The notes under the pieces are model-generated. The model did no database searches. It worked only from the letters and a program-made list of their open reading frames with translations, and was not told where the DNA came from. 64,000 nucleotides of DNA, taken from positions 3,904,001-3,968,000 of the forward strand of contig CP166615.1 of NCBI GenBank assembly GCA_041937175.2, written 5' to 3'. Below, piece by piece: positions 8,697 to 17,440 of the stretch (position 1 is its first letter; each line of letters starts with the position of its first letter). Origin of the DNA: Limnothrix sp. BL-A-16 (GTDB taxonomy: Bacteria; Cyanobacteriota; Cyanobacteriia; CACIAM-69d). The position numbers were made by a program, and so were the translations under genes.

Positions 8697-9608
8697 ATGG
8701 CTATGTCGTCGGACTCACCCAAGTCGGTTGGAACCGAACCCACGAAGGGATCGTGGCGGCGGGCGATCGCTCGTCTGCTGCGGGGCCTGATTCGCTTGTT
8801 GGACTGGGCGGCGACGGAACTGGAAGCGGAATCGGCCTTGCCTCCGGCTACCCAAGTGCGATCGCCCCGGTTGACCCCAGCCCAAGCGGGCCATCAAGTT
8901 TTAGGCTGGGCCCGCCCTTGGCTGCCCGAATCCCTGCGGAAGCTGTCCGATCGCAATCTGACTATTGCCCTGTCGATAATGGGGGGCGTGGTGTTGGTTG
9001 CCGCGATCGCCATTTTCCCGCCTAGGTTTCAACCGGCCACGGTGGCCCAACAACCGCCGGAGTCTCAGCCTGCTCCTCTCAAGCCGTTGATTCCCACCCT
9101 GTTGGAACTGCCCTCTGATGCGGAGGAAGCGGAACCGATCACCCCCTCTGGCAACGGAGCGGCGGGATCTGAGTCCGTGCCTCGGACAACGGGAATTTCT
9201 GATCAGACTGCCGCAGAACCTGTAGATGTGGGAGCCGCCGAGACTGCACCGGTTCCTAGTCAGCCGCCCAAACTGGAGCGATCGCCGGAACAACAATTAA
9301 TTGCAGCAATCCAAGATGAAACCAGCGAAATTGCCACTCGCTACGGTGATCAAGCGTTGGTGGACTCCATTCAGGCTGATTTTCGCGCCAGTCGGCTGAT
9401 TGTGACGGTTCCGGCGGATTTGTGGTACGGGTTGGGCGATCGTAATCAGGATCGGTTTGCGGCGGATTTGTTGAAGCGATCGCGCCGTTTAGATTTCAAC
9501 AAGCTGGAGCTACAGGATCGAGAGGGGCAACTGTTGGCCCGCAGTCCAGTGGTGGGCGATCGGGTGGTGATCTTTCAGCGATCGGCCGATGGCGAGATCA
9601 CGAATTGA
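8697..9608 (+). CDS. hypothetical single-TM protein with Pro-rich linker
   Basis: One TM segment, P/E-rich linker and a compact C-terminal domain (WYGL...QD.FA..LL...LLARSPVVG). Confidence 0.75.
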   Translation: MAMSSDSPKSVGTEPTKGSWRRAIARLLRGLIRLLDWAATELEAESALPPATQVRSPRLTPAQAGHQVLGWARPWLPESLRKLSDRNLTIALSIMGGVVLVAAIAIFPPRFQPATVAQQPPESQPAPLKPLIPTLLELPSDAEEAEPITPSGNGAAGSESVPRTTGISDQTAAEPVDVGAAETAPVPSQPPKLERSPEQQLIAAIQDETSEIATRYGDQALVDSIQADFRASRLIVTVPADLWYGLGDRNQDRFAADLLKRSRRLDFNKLELQDREGQLLARSPVVGDRVVIFQRSADGEITN

Positions 9609-9610
9609 GC

Positions 9611-9961
9611 CTAAACTAGCCCCGCCACCCATTGCCCCAACAGTAACAACAACCAGTTGGCGTAGGGCAAACTGCTGAAAATTGCTCCCTGACGCGATTG
9701 CCCCCGCAGCCATAGCACCCAGCCTCCCGTTAGCCCCAAAATGGCCACCGGCGGAAACAGGGCGATCGCGACCCACGCCAGCCCGGCTCCTACCGAAGCC
9801 GCCGAATCAGCCTGGGCCAAGAGAGACGGCGAAGCCACCGCAGCCAGCAAGCCTGGAGGCAGCAAGGCCCCAAAAAATAGGCTGTTAGCAATCAAGACAA
9901 ACTGAGCAAACCCGCGCATGGCTTTTGCCGTCCCGCCGCGTACCGGAGCGCGCAGCCGCAT
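9611..9961 (-). CDS. small hypothetical membrane protein
   Basis: Three hydrophobic stretches; converges on the neighbouring gene. Confidence 0.55.
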   Translation of the reverse strand: MRLRAPVRGGTAKAMRGFAQFVLIANSLFFGALLPPGLLAAVASPSLLAQADSAASVGAGLAWVAIALFPPVAILGLTGGWVLWLRGQSRQGAIFSSLPYANWLLLLLGQWVAGLV

Positions 9962-10298
9962 TTGTCTTCGGATTGTGCCTCCAAAGCGGTTAAACCAGCA
10001 AGGGGCGATCGCTCCGGTTCAGATTTTGGGAAACAGGTTGCAAGCTGAAGAGACCAGTCTCGATCCAGTTCAAGCGCGTTCAACCGGGTTCAAAAGGCCC
10101 CCATAGCAACAACTCCCCCGGTTCGTGAACCAGGAGAGTTGCTGTTGACTGGATCTTGGATTGGTTGACTTGATGGTTGATGGTTGTTGGTCACCCAGGG
10201 GCGATCGCGCTGGATCTGCACCCCGGCTAACCAAAACCACTGACCAATCCGATTGACCAATAACTGGATCAGAACGATCGAAAAAGGGCGATCGAACC

Positions 10299-10682
10299 TT
10301 ACTTGACCGAAGCTTCTGCGCCAGCGTCTTCCAGTTTCTTCTTGGCGGCTTCGGCATCGTCCTTGGAAACGTCTTCCTTGACCACCTTGGGAGCAGCTTC
10401 CACCAAATCCTTGGCTTCCTTCAGACCCAAACCGGTCAGTTCGCGCACCACCTTCAGCACGGCGATCTTCTTGTCGGCGGGCACTTTGTCCAGCATCACA
10501 TCGAAAGCGGTCTTTTCTTCCACTTCCTCAACCGCAGCGGGAGCAGCCGCCACGATCACCCCGCCAGCGGGAGCCGCAGCGCTCACGCCGAACACTTCTT
10601 CGATTTCTTTAACCAGCTCAGCCGCTTCCAGCAGGGTCAGCGACTTCAAGCTTTCAACGATCAATGCGACCTTCTCAGACAT
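10299..10682 (-). CDS. rplL: 50S ribosomal protein L7/L12
   Basis: [15 protein letters not shown] and [24 protein letters not shown]. Confidence 0.98.
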   Translation of the reverse strand: MSEKVALIVESLKSLTLLEAAELVKEIEEVFGVSAAAPAGGVIVAAAPAAVEEVEEKTAFDVMLDKVPADKKIAVLKVVRELTGLGLKEAKDLVEAAPKVVKEDVSKDDAEAAKKKLEDAGAEASVK

Positions 10683-10817
10683 GGATTTGCTCCTTGCAAT
10701 GGTTGAACAGCAATAACAGCAACAGGGGAAACCAACACAGTCGATCGGGATCGTCGGTTCGGGGGCCAAAACCCTAGGCCGCCGGGCGATCGCACTGCTC
10801 GATTCTGAAGCGATCGC

Positions 10818-11345
10818 CTAGGCGGCTTGCTTCTCGGAAATTGCCTTGATCCCACGAGCCAGCATCGAAGGCACTTCCTTGACACCGAACGCGATCTTGG
10901 TGGCCAGGCCATTGATCCCGCCAGCGATCTGAGCAATGAGTTGCTCCTTCGAGGGCAGGTCGGCAATTGCCTTGACCTCGGCCTGCGTCAGGGCGCGACC
11001 TTCCATCACACCGCCGCGCAGCTCGGTTTTCTTCGAGGCCTTTTGGAAATCTTGGTATGCCTTCAGGGCAGCACCCAGGTCTCCCTTCAGCAACAAAAAT
11101 GCCGAAGTACCCTTCAGAAACTCCGTCATGGGCTGCCAGTTGGCATCATCCTCAACGGCGATCCGCATCAGCGTGTTTTTCGTCACTTTGCAAACCGCGC
11201 CGCTCGCAGCGATGCGATTGCGTAGATCCGACAATTCAGCAACCGACAGACCCGCGTAGTCGATCACTGCCACCATTTCGGTGTCAGTGAGCAGCGACTT
11301 CAGATCCGCGACAATTGCTTGCTTGTCCTCCAGCGTGCGACCCAT
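10818..11345 (-). CDS. rplJ: 50S ribosomal protein L10
   Basis: MGRTLEDK...KVTKNTLM...[17 protein letters not shown]. Confidence 0.98.
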   Translation of the reverse strand: MGRTLEDKQAIVADLKSLLTDTEMVAVIDYAGLSVAELSDLRNRIAASGAVCKVTKNTLMRIAVEDDANWQPMTEFLKGTSAFLLLKGDLGAALKAYQDFQKASKKTELRGGVMEGRALTQAEVKAIADLPSKEQLIAQIAGGINGLATKIAFGVKEVPSMLARGIKAISEKQAA

Positions 11346-11388
11346 TCGTCATCACCTCCTTTCGGTTTGTCGCGCAGTCTGGAAACGA

Positions 11389-11548
11389 GAACCCCCTCGA
11401 CGGTCAGCCAAAGACGGGTCGAGGGGGTTCGATTTGACAGCCAAACAGCACCCTGAGCGGGTAGCGAGTTGGCTCAAAACAGAACAGACCTCGGTGGGGA
11501 TTGATTAAGCGATCGCGAAGCCGCGAACACACCCACTGTCTTTGGTTG
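11389..11548 (-). promoter_or_regulatory. L10 leader (rplJ autoregulatory 5' UTR) with downstream 13-bp hairpin
   Basis: Minus strand reads CCAAAGACAGTGGGTG...TTAA...CCCCACCGAGG. Perfect stem GAACCCCCTCGAC/GTCGAGGGGGTTC at 11389-11430. Confidence 0.75.
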
Positions 11549-11704
11549 TTGGGTTTTGAAGCTAGGGTTTTGAGAAGCGACTGCTGGGCCGCTAGTTCAA
11601 CATCGAGGAGGTCTTGGCTGTTGATTAGCACCGCGATCGAGCCAGATCAACAGCCGAAGCTTGGATTCGCGAAGGGGTAAATCTCTACCCCCAGCACCGC
11701 CCGT

Positions 11705-12424
11705 TTAGGCGGCGTTATCGCCAATCTTCAAGTCGCGCAGGGCAGCTACATCTACTTCTACCGACGGCCCCATGGTGGAGGTCACGTAGATGCTGCGCCA
11801 GTAGCGACCCTTGGCACCCGAAGGACGATTACGATCGATCGTCTCTTGCAACGCCTTCAGGTTCACCAGCAAATCTTCTGCCGTAAAGGCGGACTTACCG
11901 ATGCCCACGTGGACAATACCCGTGCGATCGGCCCGGAATTCCAGCTTACCAGCCTTGAACTCCGAAATCGCTTGAGGCAAGTCGAACGTCACCGTACCAC
12001 CTTTCGGCGACGGCATCAAGCCCCGGGGACCCAACAGCCGACCCAACTTCGCCACCTGGGGCATCATGTCGGGCGTGGCAATCAGGATGTCAAAATCCAT
12101 CATGCCCTTTTGGATTTCTTCAATCAGGTCTTCGGAACCGGCAATATCAGCGCCAGCGCCCGTTGCTTCCGCGACCTTTTCCCCCCGGGCAATCACCGCC
12201 ACCCGCACGGTTTGACCCGTGCCCTTGGGCAGGGCCACGGTTGTCCGCAACTGTTGGTCAGTGTATTTCGGGTCAATTCCCAACTTGATGTGGGCTTCCA
12301 CCGTTTCCACAAACTTAGCTGTGGCCAGTTCCTTCACCAGCTCCAGCGCTTCCACGGGCGCATAGGGACGCGGTTCCACCTTGGCCATTAGCTCGCGCAT
12401 CCGGCGCGAAATCTTACGAGTCAT
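11705..12424 (-). CDS. rplA: 50S ribosomal protein L1
   Basis: [13 protein letters not shown] and [16 protein letters not shown]. Confidence 0.98.
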   Translation of the reverse strand: MTRKISRRMRELMAKVEPRPYAPVEALELVKELATAKFVETVEAHIKLGIDPKYTDQQLRTTVALPKGTGQTVRVAVIARGEKVAEATGAGADIAGSEDLIEEIQKGMMDFDILIATPDMMPQVAKLGRLLGPRGLMPSPKGGTVTFDLPQAISEFKAGKLEFRADRTGIVHVGIGKSAFTAEDLLVNLKALQETIDRNRPSGAKGRYWRSIYVTSTMGPSVEVDVAALRDLKIGDNAA

Positions 12425-12568
12425 GAATTAAAACACTCCTTCGGGGTCATTAGCGAAGAGCTGATCTTCTCCCCCAGATGGTTTTCAGCAAATCTGTTTG
12501 CGATCGGTCAATGACTCGGTGGATTAGGAGTCGATCGAGCCGACTGCCCCCAACCGAACCAATGGCTC

Positions 12569-12994
12569 CTACTCGACGATCGTCACGCCCATGTTGTTGG
12601 CCGTCCCTTCGATGATCCGCATGGCGGCTTCCACATCGTTGGTGTTCAGGTCAGGCAGCTTGGTTTGAGCAATTTCCTGAAGCTGAGCGCGAGTAATCTT
12701 GCCCACCTTCTTGGACTTCGGATCGCTCGAACCGCGATCGATGCCAGCGGCCTTGCAAATCAACACGGAAGCAGGCGGCGTTTTCAGAACGAAGGTAAAA
12801 CTCCGATCTTCAAACACCGAAATTTCCACAGGAACCACCAACCCAGCCTTGTCGGCCGTGCGGGCGTTGTATTCCTTGCAGAACATCATGATGTTGACCC
12901 CATGCTGACCCAGGGCGGGCCCGATCGGGGGAGCAGGGGTCGCTTTGCCGGCGGTAATCGCCAGCTTAATGATTGCGACGACTTTCTTAGCCAT
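12569..12994 (-). CDS. rplK: 50S ribosomal protein L11
   Basis: [22 protein letters not shown]. Confidence 0.99.
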   Translation of the reverse strand: MAKKVVAIIKLAITAGKATPAPPIGPALGQHGVNIMMFCKEYNARTADKAGLVVPVEISVFEDRSFTFVLKTPPASVLICKAAGIDRGSSDPKSKKVGKITRAQLQEIAQTKLPDLNTNDVEAAMRIIEGTANNMGVTIVE

Positions 12995-13018
12995 TCGTTT
13001 ATTGCGCTATGGGACGAG

Positions 13019-13654
13019 CTAGCTTTGCTTTTGAACTTGGTTGAACTCCAGTTCAACCGGGGTATCCCGACCAAAAATCGACAGCAAGGCTTTTAGCTTG
13101 CTGCGTTCGGGACTCACTTCAATCACCTCGCCCTCAAAATCCTTAAACGGCCCAGACAAGACCACAATCTTGTCACCGGCCGCCATATCAATTTTGATGA
13201 CGGGTTCTTGCTCCTGGGCCTGGCGGAAAATGCGCTCGACTTCAGCGGGACTCAGGGGTACGGGCTTGACATGGCCGCGCCCGCGACCTTGGCCGCGCCG
13301 TTGTTCTGCCCCCACAAAGTTAATCACGTTGGGGGTATTCTTCACAACCATCCAGGTTTCGTCGTCCAGATGCATCCGCACCAGGACATAGCCGGGGAAA
13401 ACCTTCTCGTCGCCATGCTGACGGCTACCGTCCTTGCGCATTTTGACGGTGGGGGTTTGGGGAATTTCCACCTGCAAAATTCGTTCGGCCACGTCAAGGG
13501 TTTGCACCCGTTGTTGTAGGTTCATCTTGACGCGATTTTCGCAGCCGGAAGCCACTTGCACGGCATACCAGCGAGCACGACGGGCCAAAACCTTGGGCGC
13601 TTGCTCTTCGGCTTGTTCGTCGCTGTCGTAAAACTGTTCGTCGCTCAGGCTCAT
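13019..13654 (-). CDS. nusG: transcription termination/antitermination factor NusG
   Basis: WYAVQVASGCE, FPGYVLV and KOW motif GPFKDFEG. Confidence 0.98.
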   Translation of the reverse strand: MSLSDEQFYDSDEQAEEQAPKVLARRARWYAVQVASGCENRVKMNLQQRVQTLDVAERILQVEIPQTPTVKMRKDGSRQHGDEKVFPGYVLVRMHLDDETWMVVKNTPNVINFVGAEQRRGQGRGRGHVKPVPLSPAEVERIFRQAQEQEPVIKIDMAAGDKIVVLSGPFKDFEGEVIEVSPERSKLKALLSIFGRDTPVELEFNQVQKQS

Positions 13655-13872
13655 TGGAACACCTGCTTTGCGATCCAAGTGAAGAGGTTGTCAACCAGAT
13701 AGATGGTTGTGGCGGAGAGAACAACCATCAGCACCACCGCCACGGACTCACTGATGAGTTGTTGGCGACTGGGCCAAACGACTTTGCTGAGTTCTTCGCG
13801 AGTGCCGCGCAGAAACTCGGTGGGGTCGAATTTTTCGTTATCTGGGGCTGGCGATTCCGCTGGTTTGCTCAC
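13651..13872 (-). CDS. secE: preprotein translocase subunit SecE
   Basis: EELSKVVWPSRQQL plus a TM segment. GTG start with GAGGAA RBS; ATGA overlap with nusG. Confidence 0.93.
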   Translation of the reverse strand: MSKPAESPAPDNEKFDPTEFLRGTREELSKVVWPSRQQLISESVAVVLMVVLSATTIYLVDNLFTWIAKQVFQ

Positions 13873-14040
13873 GGGTGGGTTCCTCTGTTGACCAATGATC
13901 CTTAGGATGGGGACTCGATCGCACGGAAGACCAAAGGCTGATGGGCAATAGGGCCACAGACTGGCTCCGGTGAAGAGGCGTTCGATCGGTCGTGATACCC
14001 GGTTGGTCGATCGGGGCTGATCGGAAAACACGCCTCATGA

Positions 14041-14094
14041 GAATCTACCCAAAGACCTCTTGCCGGTGATGGCGGTCAGCCTTTGGGTAGATTC
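14041..14094. other. 14-bp perfect inverted repeat between trnW and secE (processing or terminator hairpin)
   Basis: GAATCTACCCAAAG ... CTTTGGGTAGATTC. Confidence 0.7.
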
Positions 14095-14112
14095 ATCGGC
14101 GATGAATGCCAG

Positions 14113-14185
14113 CGCGCCCTGGAGGACTCGAACCCCCGACATCAGGTTTTGGAGACCTGCGTTCTACCGACTGAACTAAGAGCGC
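14113..14185 (-). tRNA. trnW: tRNA-Trp(CCA)
   Basis: Reverse complement GCGCTCTTAGTTCAGTCGGTAGAACGCAGGTCTCCAAAACCTGATGTCGGGGGTTCGAGTCCTCCAGGGCGCG, 73 nt, anticodon CCA. Canonical position between rplS and secE. Confidence 0.97.
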
Positions 14186-14283
14186 ACGTTTGGACGTTTT
14201 CTCAGTTTAGCACTAATCGAGGCCGGTCGCTCAAAAACCATTTGAGATGAATGAACCGATCGAACGAAGATCCGGGGAGGATC

Positions 14284-14646
14284 TTACTTCTTGCGATCGA
14301 ACCGTTCCTTGATGCGGGTTGCCTTACCAATGCGCTGACGCAGGTAGTACAGCTTGGCACGACGGACTTTACCACGGCGCACGACTTTGATATTCGCGAC
14401 GCGGGGCGAGTGCAGCAAGAACACGCGCTCTACGCCAACACCTTGGAACACCCGACGCACGGTGACGGTTTCGTTAATCCCGCCGTTGCGCATCGCGATG
14501 ATGGTGCCTTCGTAGGGCTGGACGCGCTCTTTGCCGCCTTCTTGGATCACAACACCAACTCGAACCGTGTCCCCGACATAAAGGACGGGCAGGTCTGATT
14601 TGAGTTGCTCAGCTTCGATTGAGCGGATGACTTCTTGCGCGTTCAT
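14284..14646 (-). CDS. rplS: 50S ribosomal protein L19
   Basis: [16 protein letters not shown] and [12 protein letters not shown]. Confidence 0.98.
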   Translation of the reverse strand: MNAQEVIRSIEAEQLKSDLPVLYVGDTVRVGVVIQEGGKERVQPYEGTIIAMRNGGINETVTVRRVFQGVGVERVFLLHSPRVANIKVVRRGKVRRAKLYYLRQRIGKATRIKERFDRKK

Positions 14647-14833
14647 GACTGGTTCAAAAAACCACAAGCATACATCTTAGCTGTTGAACAGTCATTTCGT
14701 CTAGATTGGTTTGGCTTTTTTCCGATCGAGCCTGGATCGTCCCCCTCGTTCGATCGGCCCTCTACACTGGGGAAACATATAAGATGCGGGACAATTCTCC
14801 TCGGTGGCACTGGGGCGGAGGGCTGAACAAACC

Positions 14834-16177
14834 ATGGAGCAAATCCTGAAAAGATCACAGCAACTGGTGCAAGGACTGCGATCGCCCTTAGGGTCGGCCA
14901 TGGTCTTGTCATTTGTGGTGCACTTGGCGGCCTTGCCTCTGCTGGCGGACTGGAATCCGGCCTCACCCCCCGAGGACGAGCGCAAAGTGGCCCTGCTGGA
15001 GCTGACCCCCGAGGAACTGCAAGAGCTGCCGGCCTTTGCCCGGGAAGCGGCTGCCCAGCCCCAAAATCCAGCCGAATTGACCAATCCCCCCAACTCCAAT
15101 TCCGGGAGCGCCAATGATCTGTTCAATCGCTTAGGCTTGGGCAGTTCGTCACCGTCCGTTGGTCGCGGAGCCGCCGCCGATCCCTTCAATACCTTTGGTG
15201 GCGCAGCGGGTAACCAGGGGCGTTCCAACAGTCGCATGGGCGATCGGGCCGCGAACCGGTTTGAGAATAATCCCAATAACAACCCCTATAACAACTCCTA
15301 CATCAATCCCTATAACGATTACGCTGGCTGGGATCAGTTCCAAAATCCGCCTCCCCGTCCCAATGGTGGCGATCGCGGTCGTCGGGGCCGCCAGCCCAAC
15401 GGTCAGTCCCGATCGCCCGTTGCAGCAACCCCCGCCACCGCCGCCGATCGCCTGGCCAAATCTACCGCCAACGTTGCGATCGCCCAATTTCGAGATCAAT
15501 GGCGAATGGCGGCCGGTCTTCAGTCCCTGGCCAGCGGTCTGAACCCGGAACCCACCGATCGCCCCGGTAACTACACCTTTAACCCCAACCTGGTGAGCAG
15601 CAACGCCACCCAAGGCCGCCTGAGCCAACTGGCCGATTGGGTGAAACGGGTCAACGATCTCCCCATGCGCAACGCAGATGGATCCCTGTTGCCGGGTACG
15701 GGCAAAGAATTAAACGGCGTTTTCCGCGACATGCTCACCGTCGGAGACTCCATTCAAAAGAAAGACACCCCGATCCAATGGCGCAAATTTGCTGACCTGC
15801 GGGCTTGCACCACCCTGAGCGCCAACCCGCCCCAACCGATCCGCTTGGTTGTCTTGGTGGGCGATCGGGGACTGGTGGCCCCCGGTTTGAACCCCGTGCG
15901 GTTGGTGCAAAGCTCCGGCTACTCAGCCTTGGATGACGAGGCGATCGCCTTTTTGACCCAACAGCTCACCGGCAAAAAACTCTCCGATCGCCCGGGTTAT
16001 CTGATCCATATCTACACCCTGACCTATCCCCCTTGCAGCAGCGCCAATCCCAGTCCAACCCCTAGCCCCACATCCAGTCCAACCCCTAGCCCTACACCCA
16101 GCCCCACACCCACCACCAACGAAAGCCCCTCATCACCCCCCAGCGAAACTCCGGCTCCCACCGGCCCATCGCCCTAG
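14834..16177 (+). CDS. TonB-like membrane-anchored Pro-rich protein
   Basis: N-terminal TM with SxxxH (SFVVH), low-complexity linker, TonB_C-like LVQSSGYSALDDEA, and a PS/PT tail. Confidence 0.7.
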   Translation: MEQILKRSQQLVQGLRSPLGSAMVLSFVVHLAALPLLADWNPASPPEDERKVALLELTPEELQELPAFAREAAAQPQNPAELTNPPNSNSGSANDLFNRLGLGSSSPSVGRGAAADPFNTFGGAAGNQGRSNSRMGDRAANRFENNPNNNPYNNSYINPYNDYAGWDQFQNPPPRPNGGDRGRRGRQPNGQSRSPVAATPATAADRLAKSTANVAIAQFRDQWRMAAGLQSLASGLNPEPTDRPGNYTFNPNLVSSNATQGRLSQLADWVKRVNDLPMRNADGSLLPGTGKELNGVFRDMLTVGDSIQKKDTPIQWRKFADLRACTTLSANPPQPIRLVVLVGDRGLVAPGLNPVRLVQSSGYSALDDEAIAFLTQQLTGKKLSDRPGYLIHIYTLTYPPCSSANPSPTPSPTSSPTPSPTPSPTPTTNESPSSPPSETPAPTGPSP

Positions 16178-16356
16178 CATTGGCAACGGCCACCCTTTCG
16201 CCATCCCTGTTTGTCCTCCGATTGATCGAGTACGTTCTAGCGAAAGTAATCGAAAAAACCGGTTGCCCCCAGCGATCGCCCCGCGCCAGAGTCAGCCGAC
16301 TGGGTAAAATCAACCCACCTCCCTACTCAGGATTTTGCGAGAACTCTGAAATCGTA

Positions 16357-17286
16357 ATGGCAACCAGCATTTTTCAATTCAGACAAAAAGATCGCCGTCC
16401 CTGGCTGCGGGTCATTCTGCAACTGCGCGGCTCCGTTGTACCCACCATTGCGCCCCGTGTGCTGTTTTGTGGAACCTTTGCCGCAGTTGTGAGTTGGTTA
16501 CATGCCCTGAAAGTTCCCGTTGCCCAACCGGGCTGGGCGAATTTAATTCCCAGCGTGGTGCTGGGGTTGCTATTGGTTTTCCGAACCAATACGGCCTATG
16601 AGCGGTTTTGGGAAGGGCGCAAACTTTGGGGCGGAATTGTGAACACGTCCCGTAACCTGGGGCGACAAATCTGGGTGGCAATTGACGAATCTACGCCAGA
16701 AGTTCGGGAACAAAAAATTTCAGCCCTGAATCTAATTGCTGCCTTTGGCATTGCCACCAAGCAACATTTACGGGGGGCATCCATAACTGAAGCGGTTGCT
16801 GATTTGGTGGAGCCGAGTGTGCTGGCTAATTTGCAAACGACTAACCATGTACCCCTCGATTTATCAGTACGAATTGCCGCTTTTCTAGAGGAGCAGCGCG
16901 ATCGCGGTAACCTCAATCCGTATCAACTGGCTTCCATGCACCGTCTGCTTGATGTGCTAGTGGATTCCTTGGGAGGCTGCGAGCGAATTTTACGAACGCC
17001 CATGCCCTTTGCCTATGCCATCCACCTGCGGCAATTGCTATTAATCTACTGCCTGCTTTTGCCCTTTGAATTGGTAGCTAAAGTGGGCTGGTGGACAGGA
17101 TTACTGGTTGCCATTATCTCCTTCACTCTGTTTGGAATTGAAGAGATTGGCGAAGAAATCGAAAATCCCTTTGGCACGGATCCAAACGATTTGCCGCTAG
17201 ATGCCATTTGCAACACCGTTCGCCAAAATATGCAAGATTTGAGTGAAATCGAACCCCGCGCGGTCGATGTGCGATCGTTGCCCTGA
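16357..17286 (+). CDS. bestrophin family (YneE-like) channel
   Basis: LLVFRTNTAYERFWEGRKLWG, CERILRTPMP and EIENPFGTDPNDLPLD. Confidence 0.95.
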   Translation: MATSIFQFRQKDRRPWLRVILQLRGSVVPTIAPRVLFCGTFAAVVSWLHALKVPVAQPGWANLIPSVVLGLLLVFRTNTAYERFWEGRKLWGGIVNTSRNLGRQIWVAIDESTPEVREQKISALNLIAAFGIATKQHLRGASITEAVADLVEPSVLANLQTTNHVPLDLSVRIAAFLEEQRDRGNLNPYQLASMHRLLDVLVDSLGGCERILRTPMPFAYAIHLRQLLLIYCLLLPFELVAKVGWWTGLLVAIISFTLFGIEEIGEEIENPFGTDPNDLPLDAICNTVRQNMQDLSEIEPRAVDVRSLP

Positions 17287-17298
17287 CCCTCCAATCGT

Positions 17299-17364
17299 CT
17301 TGTAGTGCAGGTTTCAACCTGCACCATCCTGCGCTCCGGTGCGAGCTAAAGCTCACACTACAAG
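17299..17364. repeat. inverted doublet of GTAG-type REP hairpins
   Basis: CTTGTAGTGCAGGT-TTCA-ACCTGCAC followed by the inverted copy GTGCGAGC-TAAA-GCTCACACTACAAG. Confidence 0.75.
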
Positions 17365-17440
17365 CGTTGTGCGGCCGTAGCTATAATTGTCATGGTGCTT
17401 TCTGCGTTCACCTTTTCTCATTTACTTTTTGACTCACGCC

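Noticed and set aside
14113..14185. tRNA-Trp as an integration site
   Set aside because: It sits in its conserved rplS-secE context; I saw no integrase or duplicated 3' end.
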